DNA from: an uncultured Spirochaetales bacterium
Lineage (GTDB): Bacteria; Spirochaetota; Spirochaetia; SZUA-6; CAVTHK01
DNA length: 64,000 nucleotides
Reading direction: 5' to 3'
Assembly (NCBI GenBank): GCA_964552235.1
Contig: CAZKGO010000001.1
Span: forward strand, 42,849 to 106,848
The notes below the pieces were generated by a model. The model was not told the origin of the DNA and made no database searches. It worked only from the letters and a program-made list of their open reading frames with translations. Shown here in pieces: positions 1-8,638 of the stretch (position 1 is the stretch's first letter; every line of letters begins with the position of its first letter). The translations under genes were made by a program, and so were the position numbers.

Positions 1-762
1 AGCCCGATCGGCCGCACTCCGCGGTCGAACCCCGCCACCTACGTGGGGCTCTTCGGCCCAATCCGCGAGCTGTTCGCCGGGCTGCCGGACGCCCGCAGCC
101 GCGGCTACACGGCCGGACGGTTCTCCTTTAACGTCAAGGGGGGCCGGTGCGAGAACTGCCGGGGCGACGGCACGATCCGCATCGCGATGCACTTTCTGCC
201 CGACGTCTTCGTGACCTGCGACGTCTGCGGCGGCCGCCGCTACAACCGTGAGACCCTCGACGTGCGCTACCGGGGGAAGAACATCGCCGACGTGCTCGAC
301 ATGAGCATCGAGGAGGCCCTCGAGTTCTTCGCGCGCATCCCCGGCGCCCGGCGCAGGCTGCAGAGCCTGCACGACGTGGGGCTCGACTACGTCAAGCTCG
401 GCCAGTCGGCCCTCACCCTATCCGGCGGCGAGGCCCAGAGGGTCAAGCTCGCCCTCGAACTGGCCCGCCGCGACACAGGCCGGACCTTCTACATGCTCGA
501 CGAGCCGACCACCGGGCTCCACTTTGCCGACGTGCGGATGCTGATGCGGGTGCTGCAGCAGCTGGTCGACAGGGGCAACACGGTGGTGCTGATCGAGCAC
601 AACCTGGACGTGATCGCCCAGGCCGACTGGGTGATCGACCTCGGGCCTGAGGGCGGCGACGCCGGAGGGAGGATCGTCGCCGAGGGCACCCCCGAGGCGC
701 TGGCGGCGCGGACCGACTCCCACACCGGCCGCTACCTGCGCGAGCATCTGGGGCGGAGATAG
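1..762 (+). CDS. uvrA: Excinuclease ABC subunit A, C-terminal part (5' end lies outside the window)
   Basis: The frame is open from nt 1 ([14 protein letters not shown] precedes the listed GTG at 43). It has the Zn-finger CENCRGDG...CDVCGG, ABC signature LSGGEAQR, Walker [13 protein letters not shown], and IEHNLDV. Confidence 0.95.
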   Translation, partial: SPIGRTPRSNPATYVGLFGPIRELFAGLPDARSRGYTAGRFSFNVKGGRCENCRGDGTIRIAMHFLPDVFVTCDVCGGRRYNRETLDVRYRGKNIADVLDMSIEEALEFFARIPGARRRLQSLHDVGLDYVKLGQSALTLSGGEAQRVKLALELARRDTGRTFYMLDEPTTGLHFADVRMLMRVLQQLVDRGNTVVLIEHNLDVIAQADWVIDLGPEGGDAGGRIVAEGTPEALAARTDSHTGRYLREHLGRR

Positions 763-766
763 GGGA

Positions 767-3700
767 GTGAGATCCGCGGTCGGGCTCGCGATCGCGGCGT
801 CGCTCCTGGTGGCGGCGCCCGCTTCGGCCCAGGAGCCGGCCGCCCCCCCGGCTGCCGCCCGGCCGGACCTGGTGCGCGAGACCCTGCCCGCCGACATCCA
901 GAGCGCCGGGACCTACGAGCTGGCGGCCTGGTGCCGGAGCCTGGGCCTGAGCGACACCGGCACGCGCGCCGAGCTGCAGGCCCGCCTGTACGCCCACTTC
1001 GACGTCGCCGCTGCGCCCGAGCCGACAAAGCCGGCGCGGGTGATCATCGTCGAGAACGCGCGCTCCACCGACTACTTCACGATCGAGGGGATCGAGGAGG
1101 ACTACCTGATCCTCGAAGGAGACGTCCGCGTCGAGTTCCGCGACAGCGAGGCCGGCGTGTCGCACCGCGTCGCGGCCGAGCGGCTGATCGTGAACCAGAC
1201 GCGGCGCACCCTCAGCGCCTCCGGAGGCGTCACCTACGAGCTGGTGCGCAGCAGCGGCTCGCCGGAGGTATTCCGCGGCGAGAGCTTCAACTTCGACCTG
1301 GCGGGGTGGGGCGGGCTGATCCTCGACGGCAGCGGCAAGAGCGAGCGGCAGCTCGAAGAAGGCAAGCCGGCGATCACCTTCTACTACCGGGGCTCGAGCA
1401 TCATCCGGCGCGAGAACGAGACGGTGATCCTGCACGACGGCAGCGTGACCTCGTCGGTGGCCGAGGAGCCCTACTGGCAGATCGCGGCCTCGCGCATGCG
1501 GGTGCTCGGCCCCGGCGAGTGGGCCATCAGCAACGCGGTGCTGCAGCTCGGCCGCGTGCCGCTGTTCTACCTTCCGTTCTTCTACAAGCCGGGCGACCAG
1601 ATGCTCTTCCATCCGTCCCTCGGCTTCCGCAGCCGCGAGGGCAGCTTCATACAGACGACCACCTACCTGATCGGCGAGGCCGAGCAGAAGCCGGGCACGC
1701 TGTCGTTTCTGCAGCTCACCGGCGACCAGGAGGGCTACGACACGGAGGTCCAAGGCATCTTCCTGCGCAAGGTCAAGAGCGAGGGACAGGCGCAGCAGCC
1801 TGCCGGCGCCCCGGCCGCAGCCCCGGCCGCAGCCCCCAAGGACGTGCTCAAGATCATGATCGACTACTACTCGCGCCTCGGCGGCTTCGCCGGGCTCCTG
1901 CTGGTGCTCGACCCCGTCTGGACGCTCAAGGGTGGGATCGGCTTCACGCGGACGGTCTTCTACGACGGCCAGACCGGAGCCTACACGCCCTTCGACCCGG
2001 TGGCCGGCAGCTCCGCCAGCGACTGGAACGTGTCCCACCTGGCTGGAATCGAGCTGCCGTTCCGCTACGGCTTCGACGGCAGCGTCAACCTCACGGGCCA
2101 GCGGGGAGCGCTCCAGTCGACGCTCGCGCTGTTCTCCGATCCCTACGTCTCGTCGGACCTGTTCAACCGCGCCGAGAAGATCGACTGGACAGGCCTGCTC
2201 GCGGGACCCGAAGCTGCCGCCGCCGAGGTCAAGGCTGGAGGTCTCGATCCGACGGAGAGGCAGAACCTGCTGTGGACAGCCACCGGGCGCTACAGGATCG
2301 CGCCTGCGCCGCCGTGGCTGGAGTCGCTGGAGGTTTCCAAGGTCGACCTGGCCCTCTACTGGCAGAGTCAGCAGAACCTCTCGGCCGGCGATTACGACCC
2401 CGCGAGGCGGTTCTTCGAGCCCACCCGCCTCATGGCCCCGGACCTCCGGCTCAGGCTCGCAGGCAACCTGTTCAAGACTGCCGCGGCGGCAGCGACGCAG
2501 GCGGCGGCGCCTCCCCCGCCCGGCGGCGACGAGGCCCGGATCGCGCAGCCACAGGATCCGGAGGAGCCCAGGGTCGAGGCCCCGGAGATCCGCGTCCCGG
2601 GACCGCTGCCCGACCTGGCGGGGCTGGACGCGGCTTGGAGCCCGGCCAGTCTCGAAGTCAGCTACGCCCTGCAGCCGCGCTTGAAGTTCGAGAGTCCCTA
2701 CGTCACGGGTCGAACCGCGCCGGAGGCCGTTGACTTCAGGTTCCTCTACAGCCTGCTGGAGGTTTCCGGGACGAACAGGCTCCAGGCCCTCCTCAAGATG
2801 TGGGACGAGCGCCTGGAGGCCAGGGCGGCGATTGTGGCCGACGGAGTGCACGTGGCTCACTTCAACCGCTCGAGCAGCTACACGGGCGACTGGGACGGCC
2901 TTCTCATCAGGGACTACCTGGCCAGCCGCCTGGACGTGGGGCCGGCTTTGGACCTGTCCCTGCTGCCGCTGGCCGGGCGGCGGTCCCTGGCCAGGACGCG
3001 GCTCGCCTATGCGCTGGCCTGGGACACCTTGAGCCTCGACTACGACGGCCCCCTTTCGGGCCCGCTTGCTTCGGGCTACGAGCCGGCCTACCGGAGCCGG
3101 CTGTTCGACTGGCGGATCGACACGGTCACGAGGCACGAGCTGTCCGGCCGGCTCGCCTACCAGCCCGGCCTTATCGCGGACTTTCTCGACCTCAAGGCGG
3201 ACCTGCCGCCCCGGACAGGCTACTACCGGGGCGAGAGCGATTTCACGCTGGGCTTCGCCCGCACGAACGTCAAGGGAGGCTACAAGGAGACCGCCGAGAG
3301 CTGGACCTACGATCCTCTGGTGATCACCGAAACCCTAGATCCGGCGGCCTGGATCCAGGCTGTCGGACGCTTGGAGGTGGACCTCAACGACCGGGAGCTG
3401 GACCGGTCGGACAACACGGTGAGGCTCGTGCGACTGCCGCCTGCGGTGGGCACTTGGCTGTTCGAGCAGCGTGTTGTCCTCCAGACGAGGCTGCAGCCGG
3501 TGACGCTGTGGCAGAGCACCGTCTCAGCCTTCGGTTTGACCGCCCGCTTTCTGGCCGAGCGCCGGATTCCCGTCGAGTGGGGAGGGACCTCCTTTGTGGC
3601 GACGGGCGAGGGCCCTCGGCTGCTTCCCGCCGAGGCGCTGCTTTCCTACAAGGCGCCCACGCAGCCGATGCTGCTGTGGCGCAACCGCATCAGGCTGGTG

Positions 3701-4192
3701 CCCCTCGTCACGGCGAACCTGCTCTTCGACCTGTACCGGTTCACGAACAGCCGGCTGGAGACGACGGCCGGCGTCAAGGCGACCATCCACCGCTTTCTCG
3801 ATGTGGATCTCTCGGTGAGCTCCTACAACCGGCAGATCTTCCAGTACGTCGCCCCCTGGGGCGAAGAGGTGGAAATCGTTCCTGGCACCTACGAGTGGGT
3901 GAACCCGCTCGAGGACCTGTGGTGGTCCTTTTCGTTCTGGGACAGAGACAAGAGGAAGGCCTCGTTCTTCAAGCTTGGGGCGATAAACGTGAAGGCAAAT
4001 CACGATTTGGGCGACTGGAACATCGCGTTCGAATACAGCGGGGCGTGGAAGCTCGAACCGAAGTCGGGGGGCGTAGGAGACGATTACGTCTGGCTGCCGA
4101 CCTTCAGTATAGTGATCGAGTGGAAACCGATTCCGGAGATACGCCGCAGCGTGCAGAAAGACACCGGCGGAGAGCTCTCGGTGCGGGGTTGA
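767..4192 (+). CDS. Very large secreted OstA/LptD-like outer-membrane protein with an N-terminal SAP-like motif
   Basis: 1141 aa with a signal peptide (LLVAAPASAQE). It has the SAP-like segment TYELAAWCRSLGLSDTGTRAELQARLYAHF and an OstA-like N-terminal beta-rich segment. Its size and position right after uvrA recall spirochaetal LptD-like proteins (from memory). Confidence 0.55.
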   Translation: MRSAVGLAIAASLLVAAPASAQEPAAPPAAARPDLVRETLPADIQSAGTYELAAWCRSLGLSDTGTRAELQARLYAHFDVAAAPEPTKPARVIIVENARSTDYFTIEGIEEDYLILEGDVRVEFRDSEAGVSHRVAAERLIVNQTRRTLSASGGVTYELVRSSGSPEVFRGESFNFDLAGWGGLILDGSGKSERQLEEGKPAITFYYRGSSIIRRENETVILHDGSVTSSVAEEPYWQIAASRMRVLGPGEWAISNAVLQLGRVPLFYLPFFYKPGDQMLFHPSLGFRSREGSFIQTTTYLIGEAEQKPGTLSFLQLTGDQEGYDTEVQGIFLRKVKSEGQAQQPAGAPAAAPAAAPKDVLKIMIDYYSRLGGFAGLLLVLDPVWTLKGGIGFTRTVFYDGQTGAYTPFDPVAGSSASDWNVSHLAGIELPFRYGFDGSVNLTGQRGALQSTLALFSDPYVSSDLFNRAEKIDWTGLLAGPEAAAAEVKAGGLDPTERQNLLWTATGRYRIAPAPPWLESLEVSKVDLALYWQSQQNLSAGDYDPARRFFEPTRLMAPDLRLRLAGNLFKTAAAAATQAAAPPPPGGDEARIAQPQDPEEPRVEAPEIRVPGPLPDLAGLDAAWSPASLEVSYALQPRLKFESPYVTGRTAPEAVDFRFLYSLLEVSGTNRLQALLKMWDERLEARAAIVADGVHVAHFNRSSSYTGDWDGLLIRDYLASRLDVGPALDLSLLPLAGRRSLARTRLAYALAWDTLSLDYDGPLSGPLASGYEPAYRSRLFDWRIDTVTRHELSGRLAYQPGLIADFLDLKADLPPRTGYYRGESDFTLGFARTNVKGGYKETAESWTYDPLVITETLDPAAWIQAVGRLEVDLNDRELDRSDNTVRLVRLPPAVGTWLFEQRVVLQTRLQPVTLWQSTVSAFGLTARFLAERRIPVEWGGTSFVATGEGPRLLPAEALLSYKAPTQPMLLWRNRIRLVPLVTANLLFDLYRFTNSRLETTAGVKATIHRFLDVDLSVSSYNRQIFQYVAPWGEEVEIVPGTYEWVNPLEDLWWSFSFWDRDKRKASFFKLGAINVKANHDLGDWNIAFEYSGAWKLEPKSGGVGDDYVWLPTFSIVIEWKPIPEIRRSVQKDTGGELSVRG

Positions 4193-4331
4193 CCGACGGC
4201 GAGCCGAGCAGTTACACTTTGCCCGAGGAGGAGTTACGAATCGAGGCGCCATCGTCCTCAGTGACGAAGCCCTGAGCGAGATCTGCGGGGCCAACGACCA
4301 GAACCTGCGTGCGCTGGAGGATCTCCTCGGC

Positions 4332-5186
4332 GTGGGCATCCTCTACAGGGGCAACGAGCTCTTCCTCAAAACAGACGACGAGTCGGTCTGGCGGACCTTC
4401 AAGACGATGATCGGGTCGCTGGAGGACCGTCTGCGGCGCGGCGAGGAGATCAGCCCTAGCCTGGTGCAGGCTCTCTACGAGGCCCTCCGCACCGGCGAAA
4501 GCGACACGGTGGCGGCGCTGACCGAGACGGGGATCCTCTTGCCGCGGGTCAACCGGAAGATTTTCCCCAAGAGCCCGAACCAGGCGGCTTACGTGCAGGC
4601 GCTCGCGCGCTCGGAAATGGTGTTCGCCATCGGTCCGGCCGGTACGGGGAAGACCTACCTGGCCGTGGCCCACGCGCTGGCTGCGGTCCTGTCCCGCCAG
4701 AGGAGAAAGCTGATCCTGACGCGGCCTGTGGTCGAAGCCGGGGAGAGCCTCGGATACCTGCCGGGAGACCTGGGGCAGAAAATCAGCCCGTACCTGCGGC
4801 CCCTGTACGACGCCATGGAGCATCTGCTGGGCACCGAGATGGTCCGCTCGCTCGAGGACAACCGCATCCTCGAGGTCGCCCCGCTCGCCTACATGCGGGG
4901 CCGGACCCTGTCGGAGTGCGTCGTGATCCTGGACGAGGCCCAGAACACAAGCCGGGAGCAGATGAAGATGTTCCTGACGCGCATAGGAATGGCCACGCAG
5001 GCCATCATCACGGGAGACATCACGCAGATCGACCTGCCGCGACGCCAGGACTCCGGGCTCGTTCACGTCGCCTCGATCCTGAGGTCGGTCGAGCCGATCC
5101 GGTTCCTCTTTTTCGACGAGAGCGACGTGGTCCGCAACCCGATCGTCAAGAAGATCATCCACGCGTATGAGACTAACGGCCGATAG
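4332..5186 (+). CDS. phoH: PhoH/YbeZ-family ATPase; true N-terminus probably lies upstream of the listed GTG
   Basis: Walker A GPAGTGKTY, LTRPVVEAGESLGYLPGDL, LAYMRGRTL and ILDEAQN are present. In-frame family-like sequence (AIVLSDEALSEICGANDQNLRALEDLLG) continues upstream without an ATG/GTG/TTG. Confidence 0.88.
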   Translation: MGILYRGNELFLKTDDESVWRTFKTMIGSLEDRLRRGEEISPSLVQALYEALRTGESDTVAALTETGILLPRVNRKIFPKSPNQAAYVQALARSEMVFAIGPAGTGKTYLAVAHALAAVLSRQRRKLILTRPVVEAGESLGYLPGDLGQKISPYLRPLYDAMEHLLGTEMVRSLEDNRILEVAPLAYMRGRTLSECVVILDEAQNTSREQMKMFLTRIGMATQAIITGDITQIDLPRRQDSGLVHVASILRSVEPIRFLFFDESDVVRNPIVKKIIHAYETNGR

Positions 5187-7395
5187 GCCCCTGGTCATGC
5201 CTCGCCCCCTTGAGCTCAGCCTCAAGTGGGCCAGGCGCCACGGCCCCGTGACGGCGGCCGTGGCCGCGGCCTTTGTCGTCATGCTGGCGGTGACGTTCCT
5301 CTCCAGCGGCGGAGGATCGCTGTTCCGGCGCGTCATGGCCCTCGATCTCGGCGAGGTCGTCCCGGAAGACGTGATCGTGGACCGGGACATCTCCTACGTC
5401 GACGGGGCCGCGACGGCCATGAAGAGAGAGTCCCGCGCGAGGCTCGTGCCGCCGGTGTTCCAGCTCAACGAAGGCACGACCGCGGCCACCCTGCGCGCCT
5501 TTGGCGTGTTCCGCGCCCTCGTGATCCGCGAGGCGGCGGCCGGGACTGAGCCGACGGCGATGCTCAGGCGCCTGGAAGCCGAGGGGATCATAGGCCGGTT
5601 CGATGCCCGCGAGCTAGCCCTGCTGGCGGACCAGGAGCGGCTGGAGGCCATCCTCGACGCCGCCGCCATCCTCCTGCAGCAGACGATGGTCGACGGGGTC
5701 TTCGACAGCCGGGAACTCGAGAGCCTGAGGGGCGACCTGGCCGCCGCGGGAGCTGTGGTCATCCAGCGCGGCAGCCGCGCCCGGCAGGAGATCCCGGTCG
5801 ATGCCGTGCTCACGACCGCGGCGTTGCGCGCGCGGCTGGCTGAGCGCACCGAGACGCTGTCGCTCGACGAGGCGGAGCGCAGGCTGGTGGGCACGCTGGT
5901 GTCCCGCTTCGCCGAGGTCAACTGCGCGCTCGACGCATCGGAGACCCAGGCGCAGCGCGCCCGCGTCGCCGACGAGGTGCAGCCCGTGCTGCGCTCGCTC
6001 GTCAAGGGCCAAGTGATCGCCCGGCGGGGTGACCTCGTGACCGAGGACATCCTCGAAAAGGTGCGCGCCATGGGCGAGGAGTCGCTGGTCTTCAGCCTGA
6101 ACAGCATCGTCGGCAGCGCCTTCTACCTGCTGGTGCTCCTGGCGGTCGCCTCGTTCGGAGTCGGACCTCAGCTTCTCGGCGAGCCGCTGCAGGACAAGCA
6201 GATCCTTCTGGTCGTGGCCTTCGTGACCTTTCACCACGCGCTGGCCGCCGGGCTGGGCCGCTTCGGTGGAGATATCGGCTGGCTTCCGCTGTCGGTCCTG
6301 GTCCCGACTGCCACGCTGACGATGCTCGCCACGCTCCTGTTGTCGGTCAGGGCGGCGGCGCTGCTCGCGATGATCCTGGCCCTCTCCCAGCTGCTGGTGA
6401 CGGGCCTCGAGGTCGGCTCGTTCCTCTTTTCCCTGCTCTCGGGCCTGGCAGGCTGCGCGGCCGTCCAGCGCACCGAGCGGAGGATCGACTTGGTGCGGGC
6501 GGGGTTCCTCCTCGCTCCGGCTTCGGTGCTGATCCTTCTGGTGCAGGGACTGCTGCGCAACGTACGGGCGCCCGAGATCCTCGCGGCGGTCCTCGGCGGG
6601 GCGGCCAACGGGTTCGGGTGCGGGCTGCTGGTGCTCGGCTTCCTGCCGCTGCTCGAGCACCTGCTGAACGCGCCCACGCGGTTCAGGCTCATGGAGCTGG
6701 CCGATCTGAACGCGCCGATCTTCAAGAAGATGCTCAATCAGGCCACCGGGACCTACAACCACTCGCTGACCGTGGCCAGCCTGGCCGAGAGCGCCTGCAA
6801 CGCCATCGGAGCGAACGCGCTGCTCGCCAGGGTGGGCGCCTACTACCACGACATCGGAAAGATCGACCAGGCAGAGTACTTCATCGAGAACCAGGCGGGC
6901 GCCAACAGGCATGACGCGCTCAAGCCCAACCTGTCGGCGGCCATCATCAAGAGCCACGTCAAGATCGGCATCGAAAAGGGGCGCGAGCTCGGGCTCCCCG
7001 AGGAGGTGATCGACTTCATCGGCCAGCACCACGGGAAGGGCCTGATCACCTACTTCTATCACCGGGCCCTCAGCGATGACCGGTCCGCAGGCCAGGGGGC
7101 CGGCGTGTCGCTCGACGACTACTCGTATCCCGGCGAGCGGCCCGACACCAAGGAGAGCGCGGTCGTCATGCTGGCCGACGTCGTCGAGGCGGCGACAAGG
7201 ACCCTTAAGCGGCCGACCGTGGGCAAGCTCGAGCGGGTCGTCTGGCAGATCATTCTGGACCGCTTCCATTCCGGCGAGCTGAACCTCAGCCCGCTGCAGT
7301 TCCAGGAGCTGGAGCGGATCAAGCACGCCTTTGTCCAGGTGCTTGCCGGCCACTTCCATTCGCGCATCGAGTATCCAAAGGCCAGGTCGCGGTGA
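5167..7395 (+). CDS. pgpH: 7TM-HD membrane phosphohydrolase (PgpH/YqfF type)
   Basis: Long N-terminal extracytoplasmic region, a multi-TM block, then an HD domain (YYHDIGK...GQHHG). It sits in the classic phoH-pgpH-ybeY order. An alternative ATG at 5197 lies just after the phoH stop. Confidence 0.8.
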   Translation: MRLTADRPLVMPRPLELSLKWARRHGPVTAAVAAAFVVMLAVTFLSSGGGSLFRRVMALDLGEVVPEDVIVDRDISYVDGAATAMKRESRARLVPPVFQLNEGTTAATLRAFGVFRALVIREAAAGTEPTAMLRRLEAEGIIGRFDARELALLADQERLEAILDAAAILLQQTMVDGVFDSRELESLRGDLAAAGAVVIQRGSRARQEIPVDAVLTTAALRARLAERTETLSLDEAERRLVGTLVSRFAEVNCALDASETQAQRARVADEVQPVLRSLVKGQVIARRGDLVTEDILEKVRAMGEESLVFSLNSIVGSAFYLLVLLAVASFGVGPQLLGEPLQDKQILLVVAFVTFHHALAAGLGRFGGDIGWLPLSVLVPTATLTMLATLLLSVRAAALLAMILALSQLLVTGLEVGSFLFSLLSGLAGCAAVQRTERRIDLVRAGFLLAPASVLILLVQGLLRNVRAPEILAAVLGGAANGFGCGLLVLGFLPLLEHLLNAPTRFRLMELADLNAPIFKKMLNQATGTYNHSLTVASLAESACNAIGANALLARVGAYYHDIGKIDQAEYFIENQAGANRHDALKPNLSAAIIKSHVKIGIEKGRELGLPEEVIDFIGQHHGKGLITYFYHRALSDDRSAGQGAGVSLDDYSYPGERPDTKESAVVMLADVVEAATRTLKRPTVGKLERVVWQIILDRFHSGELNLSPLQFQELERIKHAFVQVLAGHFHSRIEYPKARSR

Positions 7396-7832
7396 ACACG
7401 GTGCTGGTGACCTCCAAGGCAATCGAGCGGCCTCCGTGGCTGGCTGCGGTCAGGCGCTACTGCCGCCGGGTGCTCGCGGCGCTGGCGACCGACGGCTGGG
7501 AGCTGTCGGTCCTGGTCACCGGCGACGAGCTGGCGCGGCAGTTGAACCGAAGCTACCGGGGCATCGACGCCCCCACCGACGTCCTTTCGTTCTCCCAGGC
7601 CGAAGGCGGCGCGCTGCCGCCCTCGTCGGCGGTCGCCGGCGACATCGTGATCGCGCTGCCGACGGCCGAGCGGCAGGCCCTGCGGGCGGGCGTTCCCCTC
7701 GAGCAGGAGCTGCGGCGGCTTCTGGTGCACGGCATCCTCCACCTCAAGGGCATGGATCACGCCCGGGGCTCGCGCCGGATGCTCGCACTCCAGGAGCGGG
7801 TACTCGCACGAGTCGAGGAGAGATTGTTTTGA
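7392..7832 (+). CDS. ybeY: rRNA maturation endoribonuclease YbeY
   Basis: The Zn motif HGILHLKGMDH is present, the size is 146 aa, and its GTG overlaps the pgpH stop (GTGA). Confidence 0.9.
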   Translation: MNTVLVTSKAIERPPWLAAVRRYCRRVLAALATDGWELSVLVTGDELARQLNRSYRGIDAPTDVLSFSQAEGGALPPSSAVAGDIVIALPTAERQALRAGVPLEQELRRLLVHGILHLKGMDHARGSRRMLALQERVLARVEERLF

Positions 7833-8638
7833 AAGCGAGAGGGTTGCTGGGCGGCCTCTTCGGCAAGGCGAGGCCCGCGGCGCGCGACGACACCCCCGAC
7901 CTGTCCGCGGTGGACGTCGAGGGGCGCGAGATGATCCAGGGCATCCTCGAGCTGTCCCGGACGACGGTCAAGGAGATCATGGTGCCCCGCATCGACGTGG
8001 TGAGCCTGTCGATCGACACCCCGGCCGGGGCCCTGGTGCGGACGATCGCCGAGAGCGGGCACTCGCGGTTTCCCGTCTACCAGGGCACGATCGACAACAT
8101 CGTGGGCATCCTCCACGCCAAGGACCTGCTGCGGCTGGTGGCCGAGGAAGGCACGGGCGCTCTGGTGGGGCCGGTCCTGCGTAAGCCGTACTTCGTGCCG
8201 GAGAGCAAGAAGCTCGACTCGCTGCTGCGCGAGTTCAAGCGCCGCAAGGTGCACATCGCGGTGGCCGTGGACGAGTACGGAGGCACCTCGGGCGTCGTCA
8301 CCATGGAGGACATCCTCGAAGAGATCGTCGGTGAGATCCAGGACGAGTTTGACGACGAGCGGCCGCAGGTCGAGGAGATCGGAGACAAGGTGTTCCTCTG
8401 CGACGCGCGGGCGTCGCTGGAGGAGTTCAACAAAAAGACGGGAGCCGGCCTTCCCGAGGACGAGTTCGACACCCTCGGAGGCTTCGTCTTCGACCTGTTC
8501 GGCCGCATCCCGTCGCCCTTCGAAAAGGCGAGCCACGGGCTCGTCGACTTCGTGGTGCAGGAGATGGACGGACACAAGATCGTCACCGTCAAGGCGATCC
8601 TGAACCGGGCGGCCCCGGCCGCAGAGGCTTCCTCGTGA
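7829..8638 (+). CDS. corC: CBS-domain / CorC_HlyC transporter-associated protein (CorC/TlyC family)
   Basis: TTG at 7829 overlaps the ybeY stop (TTGA). IMVPRIDV, a CBS pair, VDEYGGTSGVVTMEDILEEIVGEIQDE and a C-terminal CorC_HlyC-like domain are present. The listed longer ORF (7331) upstream part is Arg/Gly-rich junk overlapping ybeY. Confidence 0.85.
   Translation: MKARGLLGGLFGKARPAARDDTPDLSAVDVEGREMIQGILELSRTTVKEIMVPRIDVVSLSIDTPAGALVRTIAESGHSRFPVYQGTIDNIVGILHAKDLLRLVAEEGTGALVGPVLRKPYFVPESKKLDSLLREFKRRKVHIAVAVDEYGGTSGVVTMEDILEEIVGEIQDEFDDERPQVEEIGDKVFLCDARASLEEFNKKTGAGLPEDEFDTLGGFVFDLFGRIPSPFEKASHGLVDFVVQEMDGHKIVTVKAILNRAAPAAEASS

Noticed and set aside
1801-1830. Short direct repeat GCCCCGGCCGCA x2 inside the LptD-like gene
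   Set aside because: It encodes a Pro/Ala linker (PAAAPAAAP) and is ordinary low-complexity coding sequence.
443-3136. 897-aa minus-strand ORF (plus 418-897 and 732-1028) overlapping uvrA and the LptD-like gene
   Set aside because: Arg/Gly/Pro/Ala-dominated translation typical of antisense shadow ORFs in high-GC DNA. The plus-strand genes carry clear family motifs.
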